The notes: generated from the sequence alone by a model not told the origin. 64,000 nt of DNA from Octopus sinensis (GCF_006345805.1 NC_043012.1:23312001-23376000); one strand, 5' to 3'; numbered from the stretch's first letter, positions 1 to 15,654 are shown. Numbers and translations: made by a program.

Positions 1-80
1 AATGGTCCCAAGCATGGGAGTGGACATTAAATGATGATGATATATATATATATATATGTGTGTGTGTGTATGTATGTATG

Positions 81-149
<69 letters not shown>

Positions 150-199
150 ATGTATGTATGTATGTATGTATATATATATATATTATATATATATATATA

Positions 200-395
200 T
201 CATCATCGTTTAACATCCGCTTTCCATGCTAGCATGGGTTGGACGGTTCGACTGGGGTCTGGGAAGCCAGGAGGCTGCACCAGGCCCAGTCTGATCTGGC
301 AGTGTTTCTACAGCTGGATGCCCTTCCTAATGCTAACCACTCCGTGAGTGTAGTGGGTGCTTTTTACGTGCCAGGCGAGGCTGGCAACAGTCACA
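200..395 (-). mobile_element. 5'-truncated 3' tail of the RTE LINE family seen at 35660-37302
   Basis: Reverse complement matches the LINE 3' UTR end (catgctagcatggaaa.cggacgttaaacgatgatgatg) including the (GAT)n tail. Confidence 0.8.
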
Positions 396-448
396 ATCAG
401 TATATATATATATTATATATATATATATTATATATATATATATATCTA

Positions 449-777
449 GACCCCCTTCGGTCATGAATGACCATGGGATTGCACCTAGAAAGTTACCCTC
501 CTAGACACAAGTCCGGGCAAGGTTGTTTATGGAAGACCAGCAGTCGCCCATGCATACCAGCCTCCTCTCTCCACGCCACCAGTTTTATCCAAGAGAAAGA
601 CAAAGGTCGATACAGCTTGGCACCTATGACGTCGCAACTCATTTCTACAGTGAACTGGAGCAACGTGAAATAAAGTGCCTTGCTCAAGAACACAACACGC
701 AGCCCGGTCCAGGATTCGAGCTCACAACCTCACGATCGTAAGCTCGACGCTCTAGCCACTGAGCCATGCGCCTTCAC
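449..777 (-). mobile_element. tRNA-derived SINE, family C
   Basis: Minus-strand head gtgaaggcgcatggctcagtggctagagcg with A box and a B-box-like element; near-identical to 28650-28983. Confidence 0.85.
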
Positions 778-1129
778 ATATATATATATCGGTTATATAT
801 ATATCTGTCCACTCCTCTCACTATGTGTGTGCCTGTGCATGGGTTATATCATTCAACAAAAGGTATCTAAGTCAGCAAAAAGATAAACAAGTACCTTGTA
901 CTCTTTGTCACTTTCACAGTTGGAAATGCAGTGAACAAAAAATTAACCCATTTAAAACCTGTAATCAATGATACTATTGTTCACAAATTGTAATATAAAG
1001 ATATTATATCTAAGCCTTTAAACCAGCCATATCTGACTCAAATATTCTACCCGTTTTATGTTTAAAGCAGCCAGAAACAGCCTCTTCAACTTACACTACA
1101 GTATCATTTTGAAAAATAAACGATCATAC

Positions 1130-1513
1130 AGGCGCAGGAGTGGCTGTGTGGTAAGTAGCTTGCTAACCAACCACATGGTTCCGGGTTCAGTCCCACTGCG
1201 TGGCATCTTGGGCAAGTGTCTTCTGCTATAGCCCCGGGCCGACCAATGCCTTGTGAGTGGATTTGGTAGACGGAAACTGAAAGAAGCCTGTCGTATATAT
1301 GTATATGTGTGTGTGTTTGTGTTTGTCCCCCTAGCATTGCTTGACAACTGATGCTGGTGTGTTTACATCCCCGTCACTTAGCGGTTCGGCAAAAGAGGCC
1401 GATAGAATAAGTACTGGGCTTACAAAGAATAAGTCCCGGGTTCGATTTGCTCGACTAAAGGCGGTGCTCCAGCATGGCCGCAGTCAAATGACTGAAACAA
1501 GTAAAAGAGTAAA
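1130..1513 (+). mobile_element. tRNA-derived SINE, family A (internal TA/TG microsatellite), full length
   Basis: Head aggcgcaggagtggctgtgtggtaag and B box ggttcagtcc; many copies in the window; approximate TSD aaac(g/a)atcata at 1118-1128 and 1511-1521. Confidence 0.85.
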
Positions 1514-3532
1514 CAATCATATCATTGGAATCTTGAAATTACAAAATAATACCTCATTCATTTAAAACAATGTGAATAAATAACAATTGCAATTTGACTA
1601 AATTTTCAGAAATGCAAAAGGTTTAAACATATATATCCATAGACACACATACATGTATTCATGCATACTGGTGTCAAGGCAGTGCCCCAGTATGGCCAGA
1701 ATCAAATGACTCAAACAAGACACAAAAAAAAATAGTCACAGCAAAACAGCTGTTTTTGTTCCTCTCTCATACTTTAGTCTCTCAACACTTGACATAAAAC
1801 CACTCCCCCACTCTCTCTACTGTAGTCCCACTCCATTGAGGGGTTTCTTTTTGTCTTGTGAGTTGGTGACTTCACTAATGACATTACCATGAAAGAGGCA
1901 CCTCGAATGCTCTGTGAAGTGATTGGCATCATGAAGAGCATATTCAAGCATAGAAAGCACAACAAAGCAGACTTCCGAGCTCAGTGTAGTTCCTCTTCCT
2001 CATCAAATCCTCTCAAACTGTGCAAGTTAGGCCAGCACAAAAGATAGACATTAAGTGATGATGATGTTCAGGAACTTCCCATAACCATTTTTGGGGGTGC
2101 TGGAATCAGTACCACCAAAGGCTTTGCCTTTATGGTAGTATTGCAATTATGTCAGGCAGTTCTCTTCAGCTCAGGCCTTTCCAGGGCTATTCAGCTACTT
2201 TGAGTCATGGAGTGTGATTGAAACTAAATAAGCTAAACAAAGAAAGGAATGTGCATTGCAAGTTGGCTTTATGGAAATGTTCCATCTCTCTACAGTGTTC
2301 ACACCTGAAGACAGAGATACTCATACAATTTGCTTAATCAGAAGAACCTAAAAACTTCAATTTATAAAAAAAAAATAAAAAATATAAATAAATGTGAATA
2401 AAATTTAGTCAGAAGTAACAGGGGGATGGAATTTCATTTTTTTTTCATGAAAATCATGATTATTTAATGAAAAGTTTTGGGTTAAATAATCATTAATTTT
2501 CTTAAAAAAAAAACCCTTATTCAAAATTACTTGGAATCATTTTAATATGGATATTTAATATAGTTATATAAATATATAATTTTTAATTTCTTTTTTATCG
2601 TAACATAGGTGTTTTGCATGATGTTGAGAGAAAAGGAAACACTAACATAAATATTATACATTTAAACATTCAATAAGAAGAGAGAATTTACTATTATTAT
2701 TATTATTTTAATTTTTTTTTTTTTACTTTTAAATGAAGGAATTAGTTAAAGTAGGTAAAAGTAAAGTATTTTAGTTGCCTCAAATACACAACAAGTGAAG
2801 CTAGAAATTAATAGCCTTGAGCTATAAGAACAAGCTATGGAACATTAAACTACAAAGAGTAGCAGAACCAAACCATTTTGAATCCATTAGCATCATCAAA
2901 GAAGAACCAAATCCAGTTTTCAAAGACAAAGCTGCAGGTAAATCTTCAGATTGGCAGCAGTAAGATAAGCAAGGACTGAAAATGAAGTAACTGATAAGAA
3001 TGGGAGAAGGGTGGCAGTAACCATATATTGAAAGATCAAGGCAGGAGGTAGGAATGGCACACCAGAAGCAATGCTTGCAAGTTTACAACGGCAAAGAAAG
3101 AAAAACAGAAATAACAAGTACTTTCTCACTATTACCGTTGTTGCACATTCTTTGAGCAGCAGCGGTTAGTTATCCACTGACCATTTCTGTCAATCCTTAA
3201 ACTATTCCATTCCACTTCTGGCTTTCAGATTCTTAAACTGTGGAGAAACAACTCTATGCCATTAGTAAAAGATGTGAGCAGTCTTCAATAAGAAATAAAA
3301 TTTGAATTATAAAACTTTACGTAGACAATTTCCTTTGGTTTCTCTCGCCAATCTAATGCATGCACAATATATTCAAGTGACTAAAATAGCTTTAAATCCC
3401 ACAACAAAGTCAGTAGAGGGTCACCTGATCTAAACAAGGTAGTGTAACCTTTTAGTCTAAAATGCATTGTATTGCAGAAGGTTTTAACTTTATAATCTGC
3501 AAAAAGATATTAAATTGTATACTGAATTATTT

Positions 3533-3576
<44 letters not shown>

Positions 3577-3672
3577 GTCTTTGTTGAACACAACATATTT
3601 GACCCATACACTTATTTATGTGAGAATACATTGCTGTTTTCTCTCCACAGTCCATCTGTACTCTTAACAGTA

Positions 3673-3714
<42 letters not shown>

Positions 3715-4026
3715 GTATTATATGTATATGTAATTATAATAATATATATATATATATATACTTGGAAGAGGATGCGTGACGTTTCGTCATATAATAACAA
3801 AATAATAATAAAACATATGCATACATACATACATATAGGTACGTACATATATGTATGTATATATGCATAGGTTTTATTTATTATTTTGTTATATATATAT
3901 ATATATATACATATATGCATGTATGTATGTAATTATAACATTATATATATATATATTATATATATATTTATTTGAATTATACATGTGTCTAATTATAACA
4001 TTATACTTAACAATATATATATATAT

Positions 4027-4446
<420 letters not shown>

Positions 4447-4641
4447 CAACAATTGAGGGTAAAATTAATTAGTTATTAATCAATTTCACCAAGTATTCAG
4501 TATGTAAAAGGACCATTTAAGGCGAATTCAAAATATTACATTAATATAATGTAATATTTTGATTATATATATATATATGGAAGCTTTTGAGTGGCCAGTG
4601 CATTAGCTGTGTTGTGTGAAGAGAGAAACTGTAAGTAAACA

Positions 4642-4672
<31 letters not shown>

Positions 4673-5498
4673 TAAATTATAATAAAGGGTTAATTGCAAC
4701 AAGTTGCTCAAAACCACATACCGAAAACATTGGAAATTGATCGTGTTTGGATAGTGTTTTTTACATGCCACCAGCATGGGAGCCAGCCAGGCGGTCCTGG
4801 CATTGGTCACGTTCAGTAAGAAATCATTAAGGATGGTTGATTGGCCGAATAATGTTGAGTGGAAATTAATTGTTGTGGAAATTAATTGTTGTGTTCAAAT
4901 TCTGCTGAGGTTCACTTAACCTTTCAATACTCAAGAATTGATAAAAATAAGAACCAGTGAAACACTTTGGCCAGAGCAATGTCCTGTGTCTCTTCAGAGC
5001 TTGTCAATAAAGGGTTTCATGGGATGGTTGACCCATCCACGTCCACAGGGGTCTATTGCTAAACGAGGTCTTGCTTGGTTCTTCACAGAATCCTGCAAAC
5101 TGCATGTTTTTTCTTTATCTATCACTTGTTTCAGTCATTGGACTGTGGCCATGCTGGGGCACTATCTTGAAGAGCTTAGCTGAACAAATCAACCGCAGTA
5201 CTTATTTTTAAGACTGCTACACCTTCTAATGGTGTCTTTTGCTAAATTTCAGGGGATGTCAACCAACCAACACTGACTGTCAAGTAATTGGTGAGGGCCA
5301 AACACAGCACACACACACACATCTTTGATGGACTTTCACAGTTTCCATCTATCAAATCCACTGAGAAGGCATTGGTCTGCTGGGACCATAGTACTATATT
5401 AAAAAGACATTTGTCTAATGAGCTGTGCTCTAGGTTTGAACCTGAAACCATGTGGTTGCAAAGCAAGCTTCTTAACCCCACAACCATACCTACGTGCC

Positions 5499-5542
<44 letters not shown>

Positions 5543-6039
5543 CCCAATGACATCAATGATTACAAAAGATTACCATAGTCTTGTGTTTGGTTTGACAGAT
5601 ATGGATGCAGAGAATAAGAACTAACTCCAGTACAGAAACAACATTTTATTTATCAATCCCTCAAGATGGTGAAAGGCAAAGTTGACCTCAACTACAGTTG
5701 AACTCATAGCACAGAGAGCTGGAACAAATACCACATGGTAATGAATCCAATACTCTAATGACCTTGCTATCTTACACATACTCACACAAACACACACACA
5801 TTTACCATATTTTCTGGCATACAGGTCACTATCTTTACAAATCCTACTGCATTTCACACAAGATTCATGGTCTTCCAAAGTTGTCTTGACGTAGACACTG
5901 AGTTACCTTTCTTGACTGCAAATTTTGGTCTGTACAGTTTGACTAGTATCGTAGAAAACATAGGATATCTTTATCTACATGTCTGCATGGACACACAGAT
6001 ACACACACCACATATATACTACACACACATATATATATG

Positions 6040-6224
6040 TATTTCTTTACAACCCACAAGGGGCTAAACACATCGACCCCAGTGCATAACTGGTACTTAA
6101 TTTATCGACCCCGAAAGGATGAAAGGCAAAGTCGACCTCGGCGGAATTTGAACTCGGAATGTATCGCCAGACGAAATACGACTACGCATTTTGCCCGGCG
6201 TGCTAACGTTTCTGCCAGCTCACC
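6040..6224 (-). mobile_element. SINE family B, internally deleted copy
   Basis: Matches the reverse complement of the full copy at 53959-54187. Confidence 0.8.
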
Positions 6225-6765
6225 TACATATATATATATATGTAGAGAGACAGTGAAGCTGAGAAACATAAACCAAAATCACTGCATATTTTCTCATGTC
6301 CTTGTTTCACACAATGGAAATATTTAAAATAACAGACATCCAAATTATCGCAAAACTTCTAACTCGTTTTTTTTTTTTTTTTTGGTTTTAATCTTACCAA
6401 ACATCAACTTCTTTCTCATTTAAGTTCTGATGTTGCGCCTCATCTATTCATCTCTATAGGCTGAAAGCCACTGCAGCTCACCTTGCAGACATGCATGTCT
6501 CGTTGCTATATCTATGTACAAACACAGGATTGAGATAGAGAATCATAGACACATCTATCTATATATGTCTGTATGTGTGTGTGTGTGCTTATCCAGATAC
6601 ACATAAATGATGATGATGATAATATATATATATACACACACATACACACAAATCCATACACAATTTTACTGGTATAGACATACAAGCCTACATGTCACAA
6701 TCTTCCTAACATTACATATGTGTGTGCATGTACATATGTGTATGTATAGACATAATAGGTGTATA

Positions 6766-6811
<46 letters not shown>

Positions 6812-7060
6812 GCATACACACATACATGTGTGTGTGTGGCATCCTACACTGAATACTTTACACATTTGACAATATATATATATATGTAGATATCTATCTG
6901 CATATTAGGAATAAGTGAACAAAGATATCAAGATATGTGCATATATCTGCATCCAGCTACACTGACACAGCATCATCGTATTCCATGTAACAAGACCTGC
7001 CAGTTTCACATCACCCATCACAAACCCAAGAGACATTCTTAATTCTAAATGTCAGCAACA

Positions 7061-7156
7061 AATGGTTGTGCGATCCTGAAGGCTGTTCTGCTGGGACACT
7101 TTGATACATTACGAAAATGTCTTCTTCGATATAGGTCTGATGAAGAAAAGAACTGA
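7061..7156 (+). pseudogene. Possible C-terminal remnant of an RLE-type (R4/Dong-like) LINE ORF
   Basis: Frame reads ILKAVLLGHFDTLRKCL, resembling from memory the LQKAVLLGTAHILRKVL terminus of such elements; short and weak. Confidence 0.3.
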
Positions 7157-7566
7157 ACCAAGAATTTTAACAGAAATTTATCAAAATAAACTTAAACTCC
7201 TGCTATTCTTCGGCAGTTCAATAGAAGTAAAATATTGGACAGTTTCAAAACCTGGAGTTTATCACAATAGCTTATACAGCCTTTAAGTTGGATTTGAGTA
7301 ATATTTCCTTTATATTTCCTTAATGAAGCTGAAATAAAATAATTCCTTTGGGATCTGATAAGAAGGATTGATATTAAGACAGGTATTTATGATGAGTCTT
7401 CAAGACAGTGTCTTCTTTAACCTATTTGATCAGGCTCTTCATATCTTCTGAATGTTATCACATCATGTGATGTACTGAGCTGCCACCATGCTGGAGCACC
7501 ACTTGAATGGTTTACTTAAACAGTCTCTTTTGCTGAACTGGTAAGTTATGTGGACATAAATCAACC

Positions 7567-7625
<59 letters not shown>

Positions 7626-8766
7626 ATATATGTGGGTGTATGTGTATAAGCATACGGTCTAATTCATGCCAGCATGGAAAACAGATTAAAAGATAATGAT
7701 GATGATTACACACATACACACACACACACACGGAGCTTCCACACAGTTTCTGTCTACCAAATCCACTCAGGAGATATTGATTGGTCTGGGGATATTGTAG
7801 AAGACATTTGACCAAAGTGTCCTGAAATAGAACTGATCCTGAAACCATGTGGTTGTAAAGAAAGCTTCTTCTTCACCATAGAGCCATGCCTGCACCAATT
7901 AATATTTTGAATAATTCCCTAGAATTCTTGCACAGTGGATGAGATTAAAAGCCATGCATTCATTAATCAACCTCCGTGGTACACGAAGCATCACACAGAT
8001 GTGGACCCAATAAAATTTTTTTTTTAATTAATAAAAGCCCGAATTTCATCAAGAGCGATAAATGGTCCAATTGTTCATTAAGCACACATTTACAGCTGTG
8101 AAAGTTCAAGTAATATGGAACTGTATCAAACTATGTGTGTGTGTGTGTGTGTCTGTGGCTGTGTTTTCTTCCGAACCACATGGTTGCAGGCTCAGTTCCA
8201 CTGCATGCCATATTGGGCAAGTGTCTTCTGTTAGAGCCTCAGACCAACCAAAGCCTTGAAGACAAATACTGAAAAAAAAAAAAACACCCCAACATATACA
8301 TATGCATGTATGTATGTGCATGTATGTATGTGTGTGGCATGTATGTATACATATCTGTGTCTGTGTTCCCACCACCACCACCACCACCACCACCACTACC
8401 ACCATTTGACAACCAGTGTTGAAGTGTTTACATCCCCATAACTTAGTAGTTCACCAAAAGAGACCAATAGAATTAATATCCTGCTAATACTGCATTCAAT
8501 TCTTTTGACTAAAAATTCTTGCAAGCACTGCCCCAGCATGGCCACAGTCACGATAAAAGATACAATCACCATCATTTTAATATCTCAAAATATATTGATG
8601 CAGATCTTCTACAGCTGGATGCTCTTCCTGCTGCCAATCTTTGTTCCTAAGCAAGCTAATATTTCCCCATGGTCAGACAAGTTTTTCATCGGAGACTGGA
8701 AACGATCAATGTTGCATGTATGATTACAATGCTCACTTGCAACCATCATGTGATGTCTAGGTAAGG

Positions 8767-8802
<36 letters not shown>

Positions 8803-9640
8803 CACACACACACACACGATGGGCTTCGGTTTCCATCTGTCAAACCCACTCACATGTGTGTATATGTATGCATTAACCAAAATGATTGCAAATTGATAAT
8901 CATTGTTTTTATTATCTAATTAAATTTTACATGCATTATTTATGCGCGCACACACATAAAACAATACATATAAACAGCTTTTATTATTTTATTTTAAAGG
9001 TTAATATGGATTTGAACACAACACTTCTTCAAAGTATTCAAATGTATTATCTTAATTATAACAGTAATGAATGAGAAAATTATCGCTTTCTTAATAATCT
9101 TTTTCAGTTTAAGCACCATAATGCAACCGATTAAACATTCTGAAGATATGCACAAAAGAAAGTCAACTCCATAAAATTCATTCACTCAAACGGATGCCCT
9201 TCACTTGTAAAATAACATCATTTCTGTTGTTAAAAAGAAAAAAAAAAAAAAAAAAAAATTCAGAAAAAGCTACAAAGTGATAATCCATTAGAACATAAAA
9301 AAACACCTCATCGATTTCATTTGAAAATACTAAGATTTCATATGAAAGTATTGGCAAGACTTTTGCATAATCTAGAGCTGGTTAAGCAAAAAACCACAAA
9401 CAACGGATGCTTTATAAAGCAATATAATTGAAGAACTAAATTTACTGAAGCTGAAGTTTACCATTCCGTAAAATAACTTAGAATGCAGTACAGAAAATAT
9501 CATCTAAGCAGGTTTGATTGAAAACATGCTGTAAATATTATAAAACACTCCATAAAATTTTTATTCAATTTTCATTTTTTACTGACTCCAGTCATTAGAC
9601 TGTAGCCATGCTGGGGCATGTTGAAGGGTTTTAGTTAAAC

Positions 9641-9847
9641 CAGGGGTGGGCGAACTTTTTTGATCGCGGGCCGCACAGTGCGTCTTTGGAACCTTGGCGG
9701 GCCTCATTTATAAAAATCAAGTGAAAATATTTTTTAAGGCGGTTATAGACCTATAAACACACAATTGATTGAAAGGAAATTTTGTGAAATATTCCTCTCG
9801 GCGGGCCGCATGAAAACCTATGGCGGGCCGCAGTTTGCCCACCCCTG
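9641..9847. mobile_element. hAT-superfamily MITE, 207 bp
   Basis: 16-bp TIR caggggtgggc(g/a)aact; perfect 8-bp TSD agttaaac at 9633-9640 and 9848-9855; inserted in a decayed SINE A tail. Confidence 0.92.
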
Positions 9848-10761
9848 AGTTAAACAAAACAATTCAAGAATTTTTCCTTTCCTTCATTTAATTATTATTA
9901 TTATTATTATTTATTTATTTTTTTTTTCAGTATGTTACTTATTCTATCAGTTTCCCTCTCTCTCTCTTTTGGAGAGGTACTGAGCAGCTATACACACACA
10001 CATACACAGACGGCAGTAACTTCCACCTACCGAATTCAATCACAAAGCTCCGGTCGGCTCGGGGCTATAGTGGAAGACACCTACCCAAAGTGCCGCGCAG
10101 TGGGACTGAACCCGAAACCGTGTAGCTAGGAAGCAAGCTCCCTAACCACATTGTCAAAATGGTTGCTGGTTGCTGAGAAAATATAAATCACCCTCCTTTA
10201 TGGCCAAGCATTATAATATCGGATTGGAAACACAAAACAGTTTTGCCCTAATTCTTGCTTGCAATAAATAAGATAATAACTACGACCACAATATTGCTTC
10301 AGTCAGAAGACGATGTTGGAATTATCTGAAAATATTGACGTACCTAAGACCTCTGGTATTCTGAATGTAAACATAGGGAAATATGAAAAGACCCTTGATA
10401 TAGATGCAGGTATGGCAGTGTGATTTAAAAGGTCACTTTACAACAATGTATATAAGTTTGCTAAGACTGATGTGCAATCAATCTTTTTTTCCTCCAGGGA
10501 CAGAGACAATAGCAAGCTGAGAAGTTTTCCTCAACTAGATATTTATCAAACTATTCATCAATACAACCGTTTATTTATTTCAAGCCTACTGACCTAACTA
10601 CTTAGAGTTAATGTGATTACATCAATCCCCACAGTAAAGACACTACAGGTCTGCATGTGTAGCAGCTCTATCAAACCCATTGTAGCACCAAAGGGTGATG
10701 ATGATGATGATGATGATGCAGCTGGTGATGAATGTAAACACACTATTCTTATTTTCTCTTC

Positions 10762-10816
<55 letters not shown>

Positions 10817-11074
10817 GATATATATATATACATCAATTGTGATTTTGTGAAAACCAAACCAAATCCCTAGCACTATTCAATAATATCAATGTATATTATT
10901 AGAAAAGCTTATTTGTAGAGTTGAGAGTTAAAAACCTGTAAAAGCAACATTGTCTGGCTTAGATTTTCACCTTCATAAGTGATTTGCCTCAATGGGATAT
11001 AATCTAAGTTCATTATTTCATATATAATAAAGAAAGCAATGGAGACATCCACCTTGACACTTCCTGAACATATA

Positions 11075-11137
<63 letters not shown>

Positions 11138-11524
11138 GTATGTATGTATATATATATATATATATATGTAAAATTATATAAAATCTTCTTTCTTTTTAAT
11201 CATCTTATACAAGATTCATAGTTACAGGTTTCATTCATGAGAGAAAGGAATAATTGTTTACAATATATTCAAGTGAAAAGAAAACACACACACACACATT
11301 TATAAAGGCATTTGTGTATCATATTTAATGTAAATACATATACACACACACACAAATATAGACATATGTAAATAAAAAAGTAAAAAGAATAGCTAAAAAA
11401 TGAAAGGTAAAAGCATAAAAAAGATATAAATTTATAAATAGGAAAAATAAAAGATAAATAATTTATGAAAATATACATGTATATACATGTATATACACAC
11501 ACAAATATACACACACACACATAT

Positions 11525-11963
11525 ATATATACACATACATACAGACACACACATATGAATATCTGAATATACACAAAAAGATATTACACACACACACAGA
11601 CAAAAGTAACTGCTGCAAAGTCACCCACAAAAGTTTGTCATTTAAACACAAAGAAAATGCATTGAGAAACTTAATGGGATTTACTGAGCTAACAATGCTT
11701 CCCAGCAACAGCGAAACAATTGTTGTTGCTGTTGCTGCTGTTGTTGTTGTTGTTGCTGATTTCTCAGGATTAACACTTCTATCTACACCCAACCAACTCA
11801 TCACATTTTATTAAACCCGATCCAAAAATAAATTTAAACTAAAATAAACTAAGACCCAGAAAAAAATAGCAACACATATACACACACACATACATGTGCT
11901 CATGTGTATGTGTGTATGTATATATATATATATATATAGATATATATATATACACATACATAC

Positions 11964-12002
<39 letters not shown>

Positions 12003-13575
12003 ATCAGTCAGAAACAAACAGTTGCTTCAACAAAGGATGTTACAAAATTCAGTGTAAACAAACAACTACAGTAACAACAAAATTTTGTTAATCCCCGAAT
12101 ATATATTTGGAGAAGCTGACCAAGTGAGCTGCTAAAAAGTTTAACATAAGAGCTGCATGAATATCAGAAAGGTTACCAAACAATGGTTTGGAATGTCTTG
12201 GCTTTCATTTAATTTATTTTTGTTGTAATCTACAAGCAGGACAATCCTTTCTACCAAACTTGTAGATTATATTCCAATAGCATTTCAGCTGAACATAGAA
12301 CGTGAAAGTGGTATTCTTCCTTCAATTGATAGCCAGAGGCAAAAAGCAGCATAGAATTAAAAGAAGTTGTTCTGCAATACTGCTTTGTCCAAAGAGAAAA
12401 AAAAAAGAGAGAGAGAGAAAGAGAGAGAGGGAGAGACAGAGAAAGATTACAGCTTTCAGTAACTTGTTTATTTTGGACAGTGGACATTGGAAATGTGGCA
12501 TCAAGTGCTGCTTTCAACAGAGAAAACAGACAGGAAAGCCATATAGAGAGAAGAAATGAAGAGAGAGGAAGAGGGGAAAGAGAGATGTGGGGGATAACAA
12601 GGAATGAGCTGGACAAACATTATACACAATAATGGTACAATTCCTGAGCTGTAAAATAAGCAGGCCATAGAGAAAACGGGATGAAGCTGCAGATGCCAAG
12701 TTGCCGACTGCAAGCGCCTAACCAGAAAATAGCTACAGATGAAAATGTATGAGTATTTACTATGTTCACCAAATAGTAAAATGAAGGCTGGCCTGACAAC
12801 GGGGAGGGAACTAGTTATAGAGATAGTCATATCTACAAATGATACATTCAGGGTCATTCGTATAAATCTCTCAACTAATAAGCCAACGTAAAGCTTCTTT
12901 CTATTTCCTTTTCTGGCCACTTAAATAGGTCATTACTCACTCTCTCTCTCTCTCTCTTTACTCATTTACTTGTTTCAGTCATTTGACTGCAGTCATGCTG
13001 AAGCACCGCCTTTAATTGAGCAACTCGACCCCGGGACTTATTCTTTCGTAAGCCCGGTACTTATTCTATCGGTCTCTTATGCCGAACCGCTAAGTAACGG
13101 GGACATAAACACACCAGCATCGGTTGTCAAGCAATGCTAGGGGGACAAACACAGACACAAAACACACACACACACATATATATATACACATACATACAGA
13201 CACACACATATGAATATCTGAATATACACAAAAAGATATTACACACACACACAGACAAAAGTAACTGCTGCAAAGTCACCACAAAAGTTTGTCATTTAAA
13301 CACAAAGAAAATGCATTGAGAAACTTAATGGGATTTACTGAGCTAACAATGCTTCCCAGCAACAGCGAAACAATTGTTGTTGCTGTTGCTGCTGTTGTTG
13401 TTGTTGTTGCTGATTTCTCAGGATTAACACTTCTATCTACACCCAACCAACTCATCACATTTTATTAAACCCGATCCAAAAATAAATTTAAACTAAAATA
13501 AACTAAGACCCAAGAAAAAATTAGCAACACATATACACACACACATACATGTGCTCATGTGTATGTGTGTATGTA

Positions 13576-13607
<32 letters not shown>

Positions 13608-13618
13608 CACATACATAC

Positions 13619-13657
<39 letters not shown>

Positions 13658-14816
13658 ATCAGTCAGAAACAAACAGTTGCTTCAACAAAGGATGTTACAA
13701 AATTCAGTGTAAACAAACAACTACAGTAACAACAAAATTTTGTTAATCCCCGAATATATATTTGGAGAAGCTGACCAAGTGAGCTGCTAAAAAGTTTAAC
13801 ATAAGAGCTGCATGAATATCAGAAAGGTTACCAAACAATGGTTTGGAATGTCTTGGCTTTCATTTAATTTATTTTTGTTGTAATCTACAAGCAGGACAAT
13901 CCTTTCTACCAAACTTGTAGATTATATTCCAATAGCATTTCAGCTGAACATAGAACGTGAAAGTGGTATTCTTCCTTCAATTGATAGCCAGAGGCAAAAA
14001 GCAGCATAGAATTAAAAGAAGTTGTTCTGCAATACTGCTTTGTCCAAAGAGAAAAAAAAAAGAGAGAGAGAGAAAGAGAGAGAGGGAGAGACAGAGAAAG
14101 ATTACAGCTTTCAGTAACTTGTTTATTTTGGACAGTGGACATTGGAAATGTTGGCATCAAGTGCTGCTTTCAACAGAGAAAACAGACAGGAAAGCCATAT
14201 AGAGAGAAGAAATGAAGAGAGAGGAAGAGGGGAAAGAGAGATGTGGGGGATAACAAGGAATGAGCTGGACAAACATTATACACAATAATGGTACAATTCC
14301 TGAGCTGTAAAATAAGCAGGCCATAGAGAAAACGGGATGAAGCTGCAGATGCCAAGTTGCCGACTGCAAGCGCCTAACCAGAAAATAGCTACAGATGAAA
14401 ATGTATGAGTATTTACTATGTTCACCAAATAGTAAAATGAAGGCTGGCCTGACAACGGGGAGGGAACTAGTTATAGAGATAGTCATATCTACAAATGATA
14501 CATTCAGGGTCATTCGTATAAATCTCTCAACTAATAAGCCAACGTAAAGCTTCTTTCTATTTCCTTTTCTGGCCACTTAAATAGGTCATTACTCACTCTC
14601 TCTCTCTCTCTCTTTACTCATTTACTTGTTTCAGTCATTTGACTGCAGTCATGCTGAAGCACCGCCTTTAATTGAGCAACTCGACCCCGGGACTTATTCT
14701 TTCGTAAGCCCGGTACTTATTCTATCGGTCTCTTATGCCGAACCGCTAAGTAACGGGGACATAAACACACCAGCATCGGTTGTCAAGCAATGCTAGGGGG
14801 ACAAACACAGACACAA

Positions 14817-14830
<14 letters not shown>
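11525..14830. repeat. Tandem duplication, unit about 1655 bp, two copies
   Basis: tgaatatctgaat at 11556 and 13211; copies differ almost only by single-base indels and microsatellite length. Confidence 0.92.
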
Positions 14831-14863
<33 letters not shown>

Positions 14864-15030
14864 TATGATGGGCTTCTTTCAGTTTCCGTCTACCAAATCC
14901 ACTCACAAGGCTTTGTTCGGCCCGAGGCTATAGTAGAAGACAATTGCCCAAGGTGCCACACAGTGGGACTGAACCCGGAACCATGTGGTTGGTAAACAAG
15001 CTACTTACCACACAGCCACTCCTGCACCTA
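14615..15030 (-). mobile_element. SINE family A, full length, with TSD
   Basis: 12-bp TSD taggtcattact at 14582-14593 and 15033-15044. Confidence 0.9.
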
Positions 15031-15654
15031 AGTAGGTCATTACTAATTACTATTTCCACACGCTTTCTTCATGTTCACATTATTTTGTTAATAACCAATC
15101 TTTGACAGTTTGCAGTCTTTATAGAATTTAGCTCCAAGAATTCATAGTGGTTCCGAATTGTTTTTGAAGTCTGCTCATCTCATAAAGTAAGCATTTTTTT
15201 CTAATTTCCTATCCTCCCCAACTATGGCTCTAGTCCCACAATGTGGCACCTTGGGAAAATTCTGTTTCCAAGCAAGGTGTTATTTTCTCATAGCTATACA
15301 TGTTTTACACAGAAGACTGGAAACAAAAAACATTACTTGTATGACGAAGTCTATTAATGACCATCACATGATGGCTAGACAAGGGTACACATGAACACAC
15401 ACATATACATATATATAGATGAGCTTCTTTCAGTTTCCATCCATTGAATCAACTCACAAAGCTTAAGTTGGCCTGGAACTAGTGCCACATCATGGGACTG
15501 ACCCCAGGACTGCATGGTTGGGAAGCAAGTTTGGAATCATGCAGCCATGTCTGTTTTCTACAAAAAAGACTAAAACTGAGCCAATTTCTAATAAAATCCC
15601 TTTGCATTTTCGTTGAGTTCATTGGCTAAGGTATTCCTTAGTAAAAAAACATAT

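Noticed and set aside
2808-2937. Possible exon KLIALSYKNKLWNIKLQRVAEPNHFESISIIKEEPNPVFKDKAA ending at AG|GTAAAT
   Set aside because: Good donor but poor acceptor, no partner exon and no recognised homology
10499-10592. Strong acceptor followed by DRDNSKLRSFPQLDIYQTIHQYNRLFIQAY*
   Set aside because: No recognisable homology or linked exons; such acceptors arise by chance in U-rich DNA
12501-12920. 139-aa minus-strand ORF, repeated at 14157-14576
   Set aside because: No recognisable motif, it runs into a CT-rich tract, and it recurs only because of the tandem duplication
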